From Ignavibacteria bacterium (GTDB lineage Bacteria > Elusimicrobiota > Endomicrobiia > PHAN01): a stretch of DNA of 17,455 bases. Shown here piece by piece: positions 1-8,948 of the stretch. How positions within the stretch are numbered: the first letter of the stretch is position 1; the number at the start of each line of letters is the position of its first letter. Under the pieces are notes generated by a model, which saw nothing but the letters and a program-made list of their open reading frames with translations, did not search any database and had not been told where the DNA came from. The translations under genes were made by a program, and so were the position numbers. The stretch covers positions 1 through 17,455 of the forward strand of contig JBGFRZ010000065.1 of assembly GCA_041694835.1 (NCBI GenBank). The letters run 5' to 3'.

Positions 1-153
1 AATTTTTTGAACGATTCGGCAGTTTTAGGTTAAAAGTTGAAATCGTTTAGACCGCAATGTCTGACGAGCAAAGCGAGGAGTTTTGCGGTCTGATTGAAAC
101 TTTTAACCGTTAAGAAACTGCCCTTTAAGTGAAAAAGATGGGTTTTTCAACAA
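1..153. repeat. Long imperfect hairpin; probable right part of a MITE/REP-like element, cut by the window edge
   Basis: Nested inverted arms: GGCAGTTT 18-25 / AAACTGCC 115-122; GGTTAAAAGTT 28-38 / AACTTTTAACC 98-108; AGACCGCAA 49-57 / TTGCGGTCT 83-91. Followed by GGGTTTTTCAACAA (140-153), which resembles an IS-type terminal repeat. Confidence 0.6.
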
Positions 154-256
154 TTTCATAAAACATAATTATTCACCGCGTTCCGCTGCTTTTGGCAAAG
201 CGTCGCTCATTTCGGAACAAAAAATGCGGAGCCGTGCGGCGACACCGGAGATTTTT

Positions 257-688
257 ATGATTCCGATAATCGTCATCACTCACGGACATATAGCCGAAGA
301 GCTGATTAAAACGGCGGAGTCCATAGTCGGCAAGCAGGAATATATTTTTCCGGTTGAGATTTCGGCTACCGATTGCGTAGAATCATTGCGCGATCGTCTC
401 GAGACGATGCTTGGCAAATTTGCCGGCATGGAAGATTGCGATGGAACGTTGCTTCTGACAGACATGCTTGGCGGCTCGTCTTGCAATATATGCGTTCCAC
501 TTATAGAAAAATATAAAATCGAAATAGTAAGCGGCGTAAATCTCTACATGCTTATATCGGCGCTCAACAACAGGTCCAACATGAAAATATTTGAACTCAA
601 GGAAAAAGTGTCAAACGACGCGAAAAAAAGCATAGCGGATGTATGCGTTGTATTCTATCCGAAAAAGCGAGCGAATCGAATAATGTAG
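257..688 (+). CDS. PTS mannose/fructose/sorbose-family EIIA component
   Basis: Motifs IIVITHG (phospho-His), LTDMLGGS and SGVNL. GGAG at 247-250 favours ATG 257 over 224. Confidence 0.92.
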   Translation: MIPIIVITHGHIAEELIKTAESIVGKQEYIFPVEISATDCVESLRDRLETMLGKFAGMEDCDGTLLLTDMLGGSSCNICVPLIEKYKIEIVSGVNLYMLISALNNRSNMKIFELKEKVSNDAKKSIADVCVVFYPKKRANRIM

Positions 689-724
689 TCCCCTGATTCA
701 TTGGGGACTTGAGCGAAGCGAATA
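669..724. repeat. REP-like small hairpin flanked by a near-direct repeat
   Basis: AGTCCCC 687-693 / GGGGACT 703-709, flanked by GAGCGAATCGAATA 669-682 and GAGCGAAGCGAATA 711-724. No U-tract follows. Confidence 0.55.
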
Positions 725-737
725 GAATAAAATAGTT

Positions 738-1226
738 ATGACGATAGTATTGGCAAGGGTTGATGATCGGCTTATTCATGCACAGGTTGTCGAGAGCTGG
801 TTGAAAAACATCGTCATCAATCATATCATCATTGTGTCGGACGATATCGCTTCGGACGAGATACAAAAAATGATGTATTCCCTCACAGTCCCCTATGGTG
901 TCAGGGTCAGTTGTCTTTTCGTAGATGACGCTATATCAAAACTGATATCGGGGGCGTACAACTCCGACAGTATTCTGCTGCTTATGCCTTCTCTTCAAGA
1001 GGCGTGGAGGCTTGTTGAGGGCGGCGTTGACATAAAATCATTTAATATAGGAGGGCTTCACTCAAAGCCAAACAAGAAATTTTATACCCCGACCATAATG
1101 CTCGACGACAAAGACCTGGATTATATAGATAGAATGCTTTCACGCGGGCTTGAACTTGAAACAAGGGTTCTGCCTACGCATGAGAGAGTGCCAATAAAGG
1201 AAATAATAAATAAAAAAGCCAGATAG
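738..1226 (+). CDS. PTS mannose-family EIIB component
   Basis: RVDDRLIHAQV (canonical RIDDRLIHGQV) and NIGG motif; 162 aa. Confidence 0.95.
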   Translation: MTIVLARVDDRLIHAQVVESWLKNIVINHIIIVSDDIASDEIQKMMYSLTVPYGVRVSCLFVDDAISKLISGAYNSDSILLLMPSLQEAWRLVEGGVDIKSFNIGGLHSKPNKKFYTPTIMLDDKDLDYIDRMLSRGLELETRVLPTHERVPIKEIINKKAR

Positions 1227-1231
1227 ATTTT

Positions 1232-2857
1232 ATGAAGAAATACTTTTGTCTCGTTTTGCACAGTCACATCCCTTACACGAAAAGGGCCGGCGTCTGGCCG
1301 TTTGGCGAGGAGTGGGTTCTGGAAGGAATGCTCGAGACTTACATACCGCTTCTTGAGATGTTGGAAGGAATTGCTGCTTCTGGAAAAAAAATAAAAATCA
1401 CCGTCGGCATAACCCCGGTTTTGGCAGAACAGCTCGCCGACGAATATTTCAAGAGCCGTTTTCTGACATATGCCAGGGACAAGCTCAAAAGAGCTCAAGA
1501 TGATATAAATAGGTTCAACAGGTCGAGGCAGGAGCAGCTTGAATCGCTTGCCCGTTTCTATAAGAAGCTTTTTGAAAAGAGACTGAATTATTTCGAGAGA
1601 ATTTCGGGAGACTTAATCGGCGGATTTTCGCGGATGCAGAAAGAAAGGCGTTTGGAGGTGATAACTTCTGCAGCAACCCACTCATATTTGCCGCTTTTGT
1701 CGAGAGATTCTTCGATAAGCGCTCAGATAAAAGTGGGCGTTGAATCTTATAAAAAACACTTCGGCGCCGAACCCGATGGTATCTGGCTTCCTGAATGTGC
1801 TTACAGACCCGCTTACAACGTTGAAGGATATTACAAAAAGGGTATAGACGAGTTTCTCGCTGAAAATAACCTCAAGTATTTTTTTGTCGATTCACACGCT
1901 ATAGAGGGAGGAGAAACGTCGCGATACATAGGGACTGACATCAACGTAGTAAAACCCGAGACGATGAGAACAACATTTAATTCTTATGTTTTGAAAAGCG
2001 GCGTGTATGTTCTTGGAAGGAACAAAAAGGTCGGCATGCTCGTGTGGTCAAGCGAGTGGGGATATCCGGGCGACGGCAATTACCGGGAGTTCCACAAAAA
2101 AGACTCCGTCAGCGGGATGCAGTACTGGAAAATCACATCACAAAAGACCGATCTCGGCGCCAAGGAGCTTTATATTCCGGAAATCGCCGCCGCCCGAGTC
2201 GAAGAAAACTCCGAACATTTCAAGGAAAAAATTCGCGAACTCTTGAGCGATTTTTCAAAGAATAAAGAGAAAAGTCTTGTGGTTATAGCGCCCTATGACA
2301 CAGAGCTTTACGGCCACTGGTGGTTCGAGGGGATTGATTGGCTGAGAAGAACGCTTAAAAAAATTTTATTGAGCGGCATAAACATTTTATCGGTAAATGA
2401 TTATTTGAATTCATGCAAGTCGGATTTGATGATAGAACTGCCGGAGTCGTCGTGGGGTGATGGCGGCGGTCATTATGTCTGGTTGAATAAGGATACGAGG
2501 TGGATGTGGGAGATAATTCACAAATCGGAAAAACTTCTTGAAAAGACGATTTCTGATTACGAAGACAAGAGAATACCGAACAATGAGCCATTAAGAAAAA
2601 AAACACTGGATCAGATATTGAGAGAAAAGCTTCTGCTCGAGTCTTCGGACTGGCCATTCCTTGTAAGCACGTGGCAAGCCAGGGAATACAGCGAAAAAAG
2701 GTTTCTTTCGCACTACAATAGATTTCTCACGCTTTCGGATATTATGTACAAAAAAAGTATAACCCGCGCAGACGAGCAGATACTCGAGTCGATTTCGGCA
2801 AACGACTCTCTGTTCCCCGATATAGATTACAGATATTTCAGGAAAAGAGAGCCATAA
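1232..2857 (+). CDS. GH57 1,4-alpha-glucan branching enzyme type (DUF1957 C-terminus)
   Basis: HSHIPY, EEW, GIWLPECAY (nucleophile Glu), APYDTELYGHWWFEG (acid/base Asp), ESSWG, ESSDWPF. Confidence 0.92.
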   Translation: MKKYFCLVLHSHIPYTKRAGVWPFGEEWVLEGMLETYIPLLEMLEGIAASGKKIKITVGITPVLAEQLADEYFKSRFLTYARDKLKRAQDDINRFNRSRQEQLESLARFYKKLFEKRLNYFERISGDLIGGFSRMQKERRLEVITSAATHSYLPLLSRDSSISAQIKVGVESYKKHFGAEPDGIWLPECAYRPAYNVEGYYKKGIDEFLAENNLKYFFVDSHAIEGGETSRYIGTDINVVKPETMRTTFNSYVLKSGVYVLGRNKKVGMLVWSSEWGYPGDGNYREFHKKDSVSGMQYWKITSQKTDLGAKELYIPEIAAARVEENSEHFKEKIRELLSDFSKNKEKSLVVIAPYDTELYGHWWFEGIDWLRRTLKKILLSGINILSVNDYLNSCKSDLMIELPESSWGDGGGHYVWLNKDTRWMWEIIHKSEKLLEKTISDYEDKRIPNNEPLRKKTLDQILREKLLLESSDWPFLVSTWQAREYSEKRFLSHYNRFLTLSDIMYKKSITRADEQILESISANDSLFPDIDYRYFRKREP

Positions 2858-2906
2858 TTCATCTCCCCACGCTCTGCCGTTGTGGGATGCGGCAACAGGA
2901 GGATAA

Positions 2907-5000
2907 ATGTTTCAGACGACATTCTTGCTTGGCATTCACAATCATCAGCCGATAGGTAATTTCCCCGAAATTTTTGAGATGGGATATCGGAAAGCATATT
3001 ACCCTTTTTTGGAAGTAATGAAAGAATACCCTGATATCAAGTGGTCGCTTCATCTTAGCGGGATACTGTGGGACTTTATCATTGAAAAACATCCCGAATA
3101 TGTCGAGGATGTAAAAAAAATGGTTGAAAGAGGGCAACTTGAATTGCTTTCAGGGGGTTATTATGAGCCGATACTGGCCGTAATCCCCGACAGAGACAAG
3201 TTGTCGCAAATAAAAAAACTGAATGATTTTATAAAAGACACATTTGGTCAGACGCCCAGGGGGGTGTGGTTGACGGAGAGGATATGGGAGCCTTCGCTGC
3301 CCAAAGTGCTGAATGACGCAGGTATAGAATACACCCTCGTCGACGACTATCACTTTCTGTCGTCGGGCTACGACCCGGACGGATTGACAGGATATTATGT
3401 AACCGAGGAATCGGGATGCAAGATTGATATATTTCCGATAAGCCAGAAGCTCAGGTATTATATACCTTTTGAGGAAGTCGAAAAATCCATAGATCTTTTC
3501 AAAAGCAACGGCAAGTTTAATTCTTCTCTTACGATGGGAGACGACGGAGAAAAATTCGGTATGTGGCCTAAAACCTACGAACATGTGTATGGAAAGAGCG
3601 GTTCTTCAAAAAGCGGATGGCTCAACAAATTTTTGAATGCGATAAAAAACAGCGGGGCGTGGTTAAAAACAGCGACATTTTCCGAATTCCTTAAAACAAA
3701 GCCGGCAACGGGCAGGATATATCTTCCGACGACTTCTTATTTTGAGATGTCGGAGTGGTCGTTGCCGTCGGGCGCCCAGTCGGAGATGGAGCGGGTGGTC
3801 GAAAATCTTTCAAGGATAAACGACGGAGCCATCATAAGAAAGTATGTGAGGGGTGGCTTCTGGAGGAATTTTCTTACGAAGTATGACGAATCGAACAACA
3901 TGCATAAAAAAATGCTCTATGTTAGCGAAAAAATAGCGATAAAAGGAGAAAAAGAAAAAAAGAGAAAAAGAAAAAAGACAAATAAAACTCAATCTCCCAA
4001 TCTCTCAATCTCCCAATCTCTCGAACACTTGTACGCGGCCCAGTGCAATTGCGCTTACTGGCATGGCGTCTTCGGCGGGCTTTATCTGCCCCACTTGAGA
4101 AGGGCGGTGTATGAGGAGCTCATAAGGGCGGAGAAGCATATCGCCCCCAAGAAGGCAGATATATCCCTTTACGACATAAACAAGGATGGGCGGGATGAAA
4201 TCATATACGAGAGCCCGTCGCAGAATTTGTACGTTTCTCCCCATTCGGGCGGCGTCGTTTACGAATGGGATATAATGGATCCGCCGGTTAACGTTTTAAA
4301 CGTTCTGACTAGAAGATACGAGGCGTATCACAAAAAGCTGAAAGAATATGCGGCAAAAAAGGAAAGCGGACTCAGCATTCATGATATCACAAGGCATAAA
4401 GAGAAAAACCTCGAAAACTATCTCAACTACGACTGGTATAATCGCGCAAGTCTCATTGATCACTTTATTCATCCAGATACAAAATTTGAAGATTTTACCA
4501 AATGTAAGTACGGGGAGCAGGGCGATTTTGCCATAGAGTCTTACCAGCATGAAATAAACAATGACACAATAAAACTTTCAAGAAATGGCAAGGTCTGGAT
4601 AAATGATAATGTGAGCGATGTGCTGCTTGAGAAAATCATCAAACCCGGGGCCGATTGTTCTGTGACGGTGAATTATAGAATAAAAAATCTGTCAGGGGAA
4701 AATGCAAGTTTCACTTTCGGCTCCGAGCAAAATTTTGCTTTTTTCGCAGGATTTGGGAAGACTGAAGAAGACGGAATTACAGAGCGCGAATTCATAGATT
4801 CGGCAAGCGGCATTAAGTTGATTCTCGCAGCTTCAAGCCCTTTCAATCTTTGGGCATTCCCTATCGAAACCATTTCGCTTTCCGAGGACGGCTTCGAGAG
4901 AACGCTTCAGGGCGGTTGTATACTTATATCGTGGAAATTTGAGTTGTCGCCTCAAGAAACAAAAAATTTTGAAATAAAATTCTTTTGGCAAAAGACATGA
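2907..5000 (+). CDS. GH57 alpha-amylase / 4-alpha-glucanotransferase
   Basis: HNHQP, GVWLTERIWEP, DDGEKFGMWP, SYFEM, AQCNCAYWHGVFGGLYLPHLR. AGGAGG RBS upstream. Confidence 0.92.
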   Translation: MFQTTFLLGIHNHQPIGNFPEIFEMGYRKAYYPFLEVMKEYPDIKWSLHLSGILWDFIIEKHPEYVEDVKKMVERGQLELLSGGYYEPILAVIPDRDKLSQIKKLNDFIKDTFGQTPRGVWLTERIWEPSLPKVLNDAGIEYTLVDDYHFLSSGYDPDGLTGYYVTEESGCKIDIFPISQKLRYYIPFEEVEKSIDLFKSNGKFNSSLTMGDDGEKFGMWPKTYEHVYGKSGSSKSGWLNKFLNAIKNSGAWLKTATFSEFLKTKPATGRIYLPTTSYFEMSEWSLPSGAQSEMERVVENLSRINDGAIIRKYVRGGFWRNFLTKYDESNNMHKKMLYVSEKIAIKGEKEKKRKRKKTNKTQSPNLSISQSLEHLYAAQCNCAYWHGVFGGLYLPHLRRAVYEELIRAEKHIAPKKADISLYDINKDGRDEIIYESPSQNLYVSPHSGGVVYEWDIMDPPVNVLNVLTRRYEAYHKKLKEYAAKKESGLSIHDITRHKEKNLENYLNYDWYNRASLIDHFIHPDTKFEDFTKCKYGEQGDFAIESYQHEINNDTIKLSRNGKVWINDNVSDVLLEKIIKPGADCSVTVNYRIKNLSGENASFTFGSEQNFAFFAGFGKTEEDGITEREFIDSASGIKLILAASSPFNLWAFPIETISLSEDGFERTLQGGCILISWKFELSPQETKNFEIKFFWQKT
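3945..4022. repeat. 8-bp-period repeat arms embedded in frame in the GH57 gene
   Basis: CTCAATCTCCCAATCT occurs twice exactly (3988-4003, 4004-4019). It is preceded by a purine-only GAGAAAAA-periodic tract at about 3945-3978. Confidence 0.8.
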
Positions 5001-5042
5001 CTTGTCTTAAAAAATTTGGTTTTCCGCAGGTTTTTTAGGCTT

Positions 5043-5687
5043 ATGGAGCATATTTATATTGTTTTGATATCGACGGTCATTACAATGGACAGCGTGATTT
5101 TCGGCCAATTCGGATTTTCAAGGCCAATTGTCTGTGGGCCCATAATGGGATATATATTAGGCGATCCGATGCTTGGTCTGAATATAGGAATAATCCTTGA
5201 ACTTGTCTGGATAAACACCATACCGATAGGAACGACGCTCGTGCCGGATGTCACCGCCGCAACAATAATAGGTACATACTGGGCGGTAAAAACCAAATCG
5301 ATGAGCGCCACACCGGAAGCGATTGTGGTCCTGGCGCTTATTTTTGCGCTACCCTTGAGTTTTGTTTACAGGAAATCCGACATATTTCACAGGAAACTGA
5401 ATTCTCTATGGAATAGACGTATAGAAGATGCCGTTGAAAAGGACTCATTTTGCATGATAGGACTATCGGTAGGGTTGTCAATGGCGATTTTTTTTCTGAA
5501 GAATTTTTTGTTGTTTTTGATAAGTTTGCCACTTTATAGATATTTGTTCTATGCCAACAGTTTTTTGAACAAAGACATAATAGATGGACTTGTTGTGTCA
5601 TATAGGATTCTTCCTGCCGTCGGCATAGGGGTTTTCCTTTTCAATTTTTACGATTCGATAGTTAAATTGATATATAAGAAAATATAA
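5043..5687 (+). CDS. PTS mannose-family EIIC component
   Basis: GQFGFSRPIVCGPIMGYILGD, GIILEL and PIGTTLVPD motifs; hydrophobic. ATG 5043 preferred to TTG 5016, but the start is uncertain. Confidence 0.9.
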   Translation: MEHIYIVLISTVITMDSVIFGQFGFSRPIVCGPIMGYILGDPMLGLNIGIILELVWINTIPIGTTLVPDVTAATIIGTYWAVKTKSMSATPEAIVVLALIFALPLSFVYRKSDIFHRKLNSLWNRRIEDAVEKDSFCMIGLSVGLSMAIFFLKNFLLFLISLPLYRYLFYANSFLNKDIIDGLVVSYRILPAVGIGVFLFNFYDSIVKLIYKKI

Positions 5688-5690
5688 AAA

Positions 5691-6401
5691 ATGATATTGA
5701 AGATATTTTTAAGATTACTTTTATCGCAGGCCGTATGGAACATTGAGAAGATGCAGAACATCGGATTCCTGTGGTCGGTGCTGCCGGCTTTAAAAAAAAT
5801 TTATCCGGAAAGAAATGCTCTTAAGAACGCCGTGAAAAGAAACCTTGATTATTTCAATACACACCCTTACTTTATTGGCATATTCGCTGGAATAATGCTC
5901 CTCTGGGAGGAAAAAAACTATGAGCTCGTGCAAAAGGTGAAAATTTCCTACGGCGGACCCATGGCAGCACTTGGAACCCATATTTTCTGGAGCACACTTC
6001 GTCCAGCGGCCGGCATGCTTGCGATATTGATAGCATGGCTTAAAGGAGACGCGTATCTTCCCGCGATTGTTTTTTTTATTCTCTACAATTTGTTCCACCT
6101 GCCCTTGAGATATTATTTTATCGCGGAATCATCAAGGTCCGGCCTGAATTTTTTCTACATACTCAAAAGGATAAACATAAACAAACTGATATGGTACTTG
6201 CAACTGCTCGGAGTCTTTACGGCTTTTTCGGCTGTGGTGTGTTATCTAAGATATTATCTGGTGGACGATATTGTGCTAATACACGCGTTTATTTTTGTTA
6301 TCGTCGCAACGGCAATCCTCCATCTTTTTTTCAAATCTATCTCGGGTTTGAAGATATTCTATGCTGTGATAGCGATAAGTATAGTGTTGAATTATCTCTA
6401 G
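5691..6401 (+). CDS. PTS mannose-family EIID component
   Basis: QAVWNIEKMQNIGF, FNTHPY and GPMAALGTHIFWSTLRP motifs. Confidence 0.9.
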   Translation: MILKIFLRLLLSQAVWNIEKMQNIGFLWSVLPALKKIYPERNALKNAVKRNLDYFNTHPYFIGIFAGIMLLWEEKNYELVQKVKISYGGPMAALGTHIFWSTLRPAAGMLAILIAWLKGDAYLPAIVFFILYNLFHLPLRYYFIAESSRSGLNFFYILKRININKLIWYLQLLGVFTAFSAVVCYLRYYLVDDIVLIHAFIFVIVATAILHLFFKSISGLKIFYAVIAISIVLNYL

Positions 6402-6406
6402 ATATT

Positions 6407-6682
6407 ATGCTTGAAATATCCATTAAGATGAGTCTTCCTCAAGGGCTTCATATGAGACCCGCGGGCATTTTTGTGCACGAAGCATCTAAGTTCAAATCAA
6501 AGATAACGATTTTCAATGATGACCAGATGGCCGACGGAAAAAGCATAATGGGACTACTTACGCTTGGTCTTACAAACGGCTCTGTAATGAAGATTGTAGT
6601 AGAGGGTATAGACGAGGAAGCGGCAATACATCACTTGGAAAAAATTGTAAAGGAGACGCTGGTCAAAACGGAGGGGCATTGA
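6407..6682 (+). CDS. ptsH: Phosphocarrier protein HPr
   Basis: GLHMRPA (His15 when started at ATG 6407) and DGKSIMGLL (regulatory Ser46); 91 aa. Confidence 0.95.
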   Translation: MLEISIKMSLPQGLHMRPAGIFVHEASKFKSKITIFNDDQMADGKSIMGLLTLGLTNGSVMKIVVEGIDEEAAIHHLEKIVKETLVKTEGH

Positions 6683-6684
6683 CT

Positions 6685-8412
6685 ATGGATAAGGATAAGA
6701 TTTTAAGCGGAGTGGCGGCGTCGGAAGGTATATCCGTCGGAGAGGCTTTTGTAATTGAAGGGGGAGGGGAGTTCTGCCCCATAAAAATTGAGATATCAAA
6801 AGATGAGATAAAGAAAGAAGTGAACAGATATAAAGAGGCGCTGGGTGGAACAAAAAAAGAACTTGAATCTTTCAAGGAAAGTCTGGGAAAAATGCTGGGT
6901 AAAGAACATATTGGTTTGGCCGATGCATACCGTCAGATTCTCGACGACCCCCTCTTGACAAGAGACGTTCCGCGCCAGATTCAAAGTGGAGTAAACGCGG
7001 AATACGCCTTATATATGGTGCTCGATAAAGTCATAAAGTCTTTTATGAAGCTGGAAGACCCGTATTTTAAAGACAGAAAAAATGATATAGAAGACATCGG
7101 CAATAAAATCATGGGGCATCTTCTCGGACCCCAAAAAAGGTTGCTTTCCGATATAAAAGATGGAGCAATAGTCGTTGCCCAAAACCTCACCCTGAACGAC
7201 ACTATGGTGATGAGGGAAAGGCAGGCGGGCGGATTTGTGACGGAGATGGGTGGAAAGACCTCACATGTCTCCATACTTGCACAGGCGCTCGAGATACCGT
7301 CTGTTGTGGGAGTAAAAGGGGCACTCAGTTTCGTTAAAACCGGCGACACCGTCATTCTCGACGGAATAAACGGAAAAATAATCATAAACCCGGATGAAGG
7401 TCTTGTTTCAAATTATATCAGAGAGCGTGAAAAATTTATAGTCGTCCGCAGAGAGTATGAAAAGTTGAGAGATCTTCCCGCTACTACGCTTGACGGAAAA
7501 AAGATAGAATTGGCTGCAAACTTCGACAACATACAGGAACTCCCTTTTGTTATGTCAAGCGGCGCCGAGGGAATAGGGCTTTTTAGAACTGAGTATATAT
7601 ATTTCAATAGATCCAACCTTCCTGCGGAAGACGAACTTTATGAAAACTACTCGCAGGCGGCAAGAAAAACGTTGCCTAACCGCGTGATAATAAGAACGCT
7701 CGACATCGGCGGGGACAAGCTGAACGATCCGATGCTTGAATACCACCGCCAATGCCCGACGTTTTTAGGACTAAGGGCGATAAGGCTCTGTTTGAAGTTT
7801 CCGCATATATTCAAACCTCAGTTGAGGGCGATACTGCGCGCATCTAACGAGGGAAAGATAACGATAATGTTTCCGATGATTTCAGATGTTCATGAACTAA
7901 TAGCCGCAAAAAAAATGCTTGAGGAAACAAAAGACGAGTTGAGAAAAGAGGGGCATCCTTTTGACGAGAAAATAAAAGTGGCAGCCATGATAGAGGTTCC
8001 TTCGGCGGCTATGAGTTGTGATTTCATAGCCAAAGAAGTTGATTTCATATCCGTCGGAACGAACGACCTGATACAGTACACCATCGCCGTCGAAAGAACG
8101 GACGAGATGGTCGCAGAACTTTATGACCCGTCGCACATAGGTCTTTTGAGAATCCTGAAACATATAGTCTCAAGCGTTCACTCTGCTAATATAAAAGTCG
8201 GCATTTGCGGAGAGATGGCCGCGGATACGAAATACACGGGGATTCTTATTGGACTCGGTTTCGACGAGATGAGCGTGGCGAGCTCCGCCGTAGGAAAAAT
8301 TAAGAAAGAAATAAGATCTATGAGCGCTGTTGAGATGTCGAAAAAAGTGGATGATTTGCTGAAGATAACGAATATAGACGAGATTAAACAGGAATTGAAA
8401 AAATTAATGTGA
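6685..8412 (+). CDS. ptsI: PEP-protein phosphotransferase (PTS enzyme I)
   Basis: GGKTSH phospho-His, GIGLFRTE, LGLRAIR, MIEVP, SVGTNDLIQY, GICGEMA. GGAGGG RBS before ATG 6685. Confidence 0.97.
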   Translation: MDKDKILSGVAASEGISVGEAFVIEGGGEFCPIKIEISKDEIKKEVNRYKEALGGTKKELESFKESLGKMLGKEHIGLADAYRQILDDPLLTRDVPRQIQSGVNAEYALYMVLDKVIKSFMKLEDPYFKDRKNDIEDIGNKIMGHLLGPQKRLLSDIKDGAIVVAQNLTLNDTMVMRERQAGGFVTEMGGKTSHVSILAQALEIPSVVGVKGALSFVKTGDTVILDGINGKIIINPDEGLVSNYIREREKFIVVRREYEKLRDLPATTLDGKKIELAANFDNIQELPFVMSSGAEGIGLFRTEYIYFNRSNLPAEDELYENYSQAARKTLPNRVIIRTLDIGGDKLNDPMLEYHRQCPTFLGLRAIRLCLKFPHIFKPQLRAILRASNEGKITIMFPMISDVHELIAAKKMLEETKDELRKEGHPFDEKIKVAAMIEVPSAAMSCDFIAKEVDFISVGTNDLIQYTIAVERTDEMVAELYDPSHIGLLRILKHIVSSVHSANIKVGICGEMAADTKYTGILIGLGFDEMSVASSAVGKIKKEIRSMSAVEMSKKVDDLLKITNIDEIKQELKKLM

Positions 8413-8527
8413 TGGAAGCGTGATCAGAAGACAGAGGGCAGAGAATCTTGGACCCATAGATTCCCGACGACGTTGGCCCGGCCACTACCGCTATGCTCCT
8501 GAAAAACACGATACAACTTAATAGATT

Positions 8528-8947
8528 ATGAAAATAATATCCGAAAAGATAACCCTTGACACTAAGGGGGATTGCGACATAATAGACATAACACCGAAGA
8601 TTTCCTCTCTGCTAAAAAATTATGGATTGAAAACCGGAATAGTAAATGTTTTTATTCCTGGTGCCACCGGGGCGCTGACCACGATAGAATACGAGCCGGG
8701 TCTGCTTGAAGACACAAAAAAAATGTTCAGAGATTTAGTAAGCGAGACGTGTCGTTATTCTCATGACGAGGGGAATCCTGACGGAAACGCTCCGAGCCAT
8801 CTGCGCGCTTCTCTCGTGGGGCCTTCGCTTACCGTTCCTTTTGGAAACGGCATCCTTGAGACGGGCACCTGGCAGCAGATAGTTTTTATAGATTTCGATA
8901 ACCGTCCGCGTTCCAGAAAGCTCATTGTAAAAATAATCGGAGAATAA
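8528..8947 (+). CDS. yjbQ: YjbQ / UPF0047 family protein (secondary thiamine-phosphate synthase-like)
   Basis: IIDIT, TTIEYEPGL, SHLRASLVGPS, GTWQQIVFIDFDNRPR. Confidence 0.92.
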   Translation: MKIISEKITLDTKGDCDIIDITPKISSLLKNYGLKTGIVNVFIPGATGALTTIEYEPGLLEDTKKMFRDLVSETCRYSHDEGNPDGNAPSHLRASLVGPSLTVPFGNGILETGTWQQIVFIDFDNRPRSRKLIVKIIGE

Positions 8948-8948
8948 A

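Noticed and set aside
6191-6406. 163-aa long form of HPr
   Set aside because: It overlaps the IID gene. ATG 6407 gives canonical His15/Ser46 numbering.
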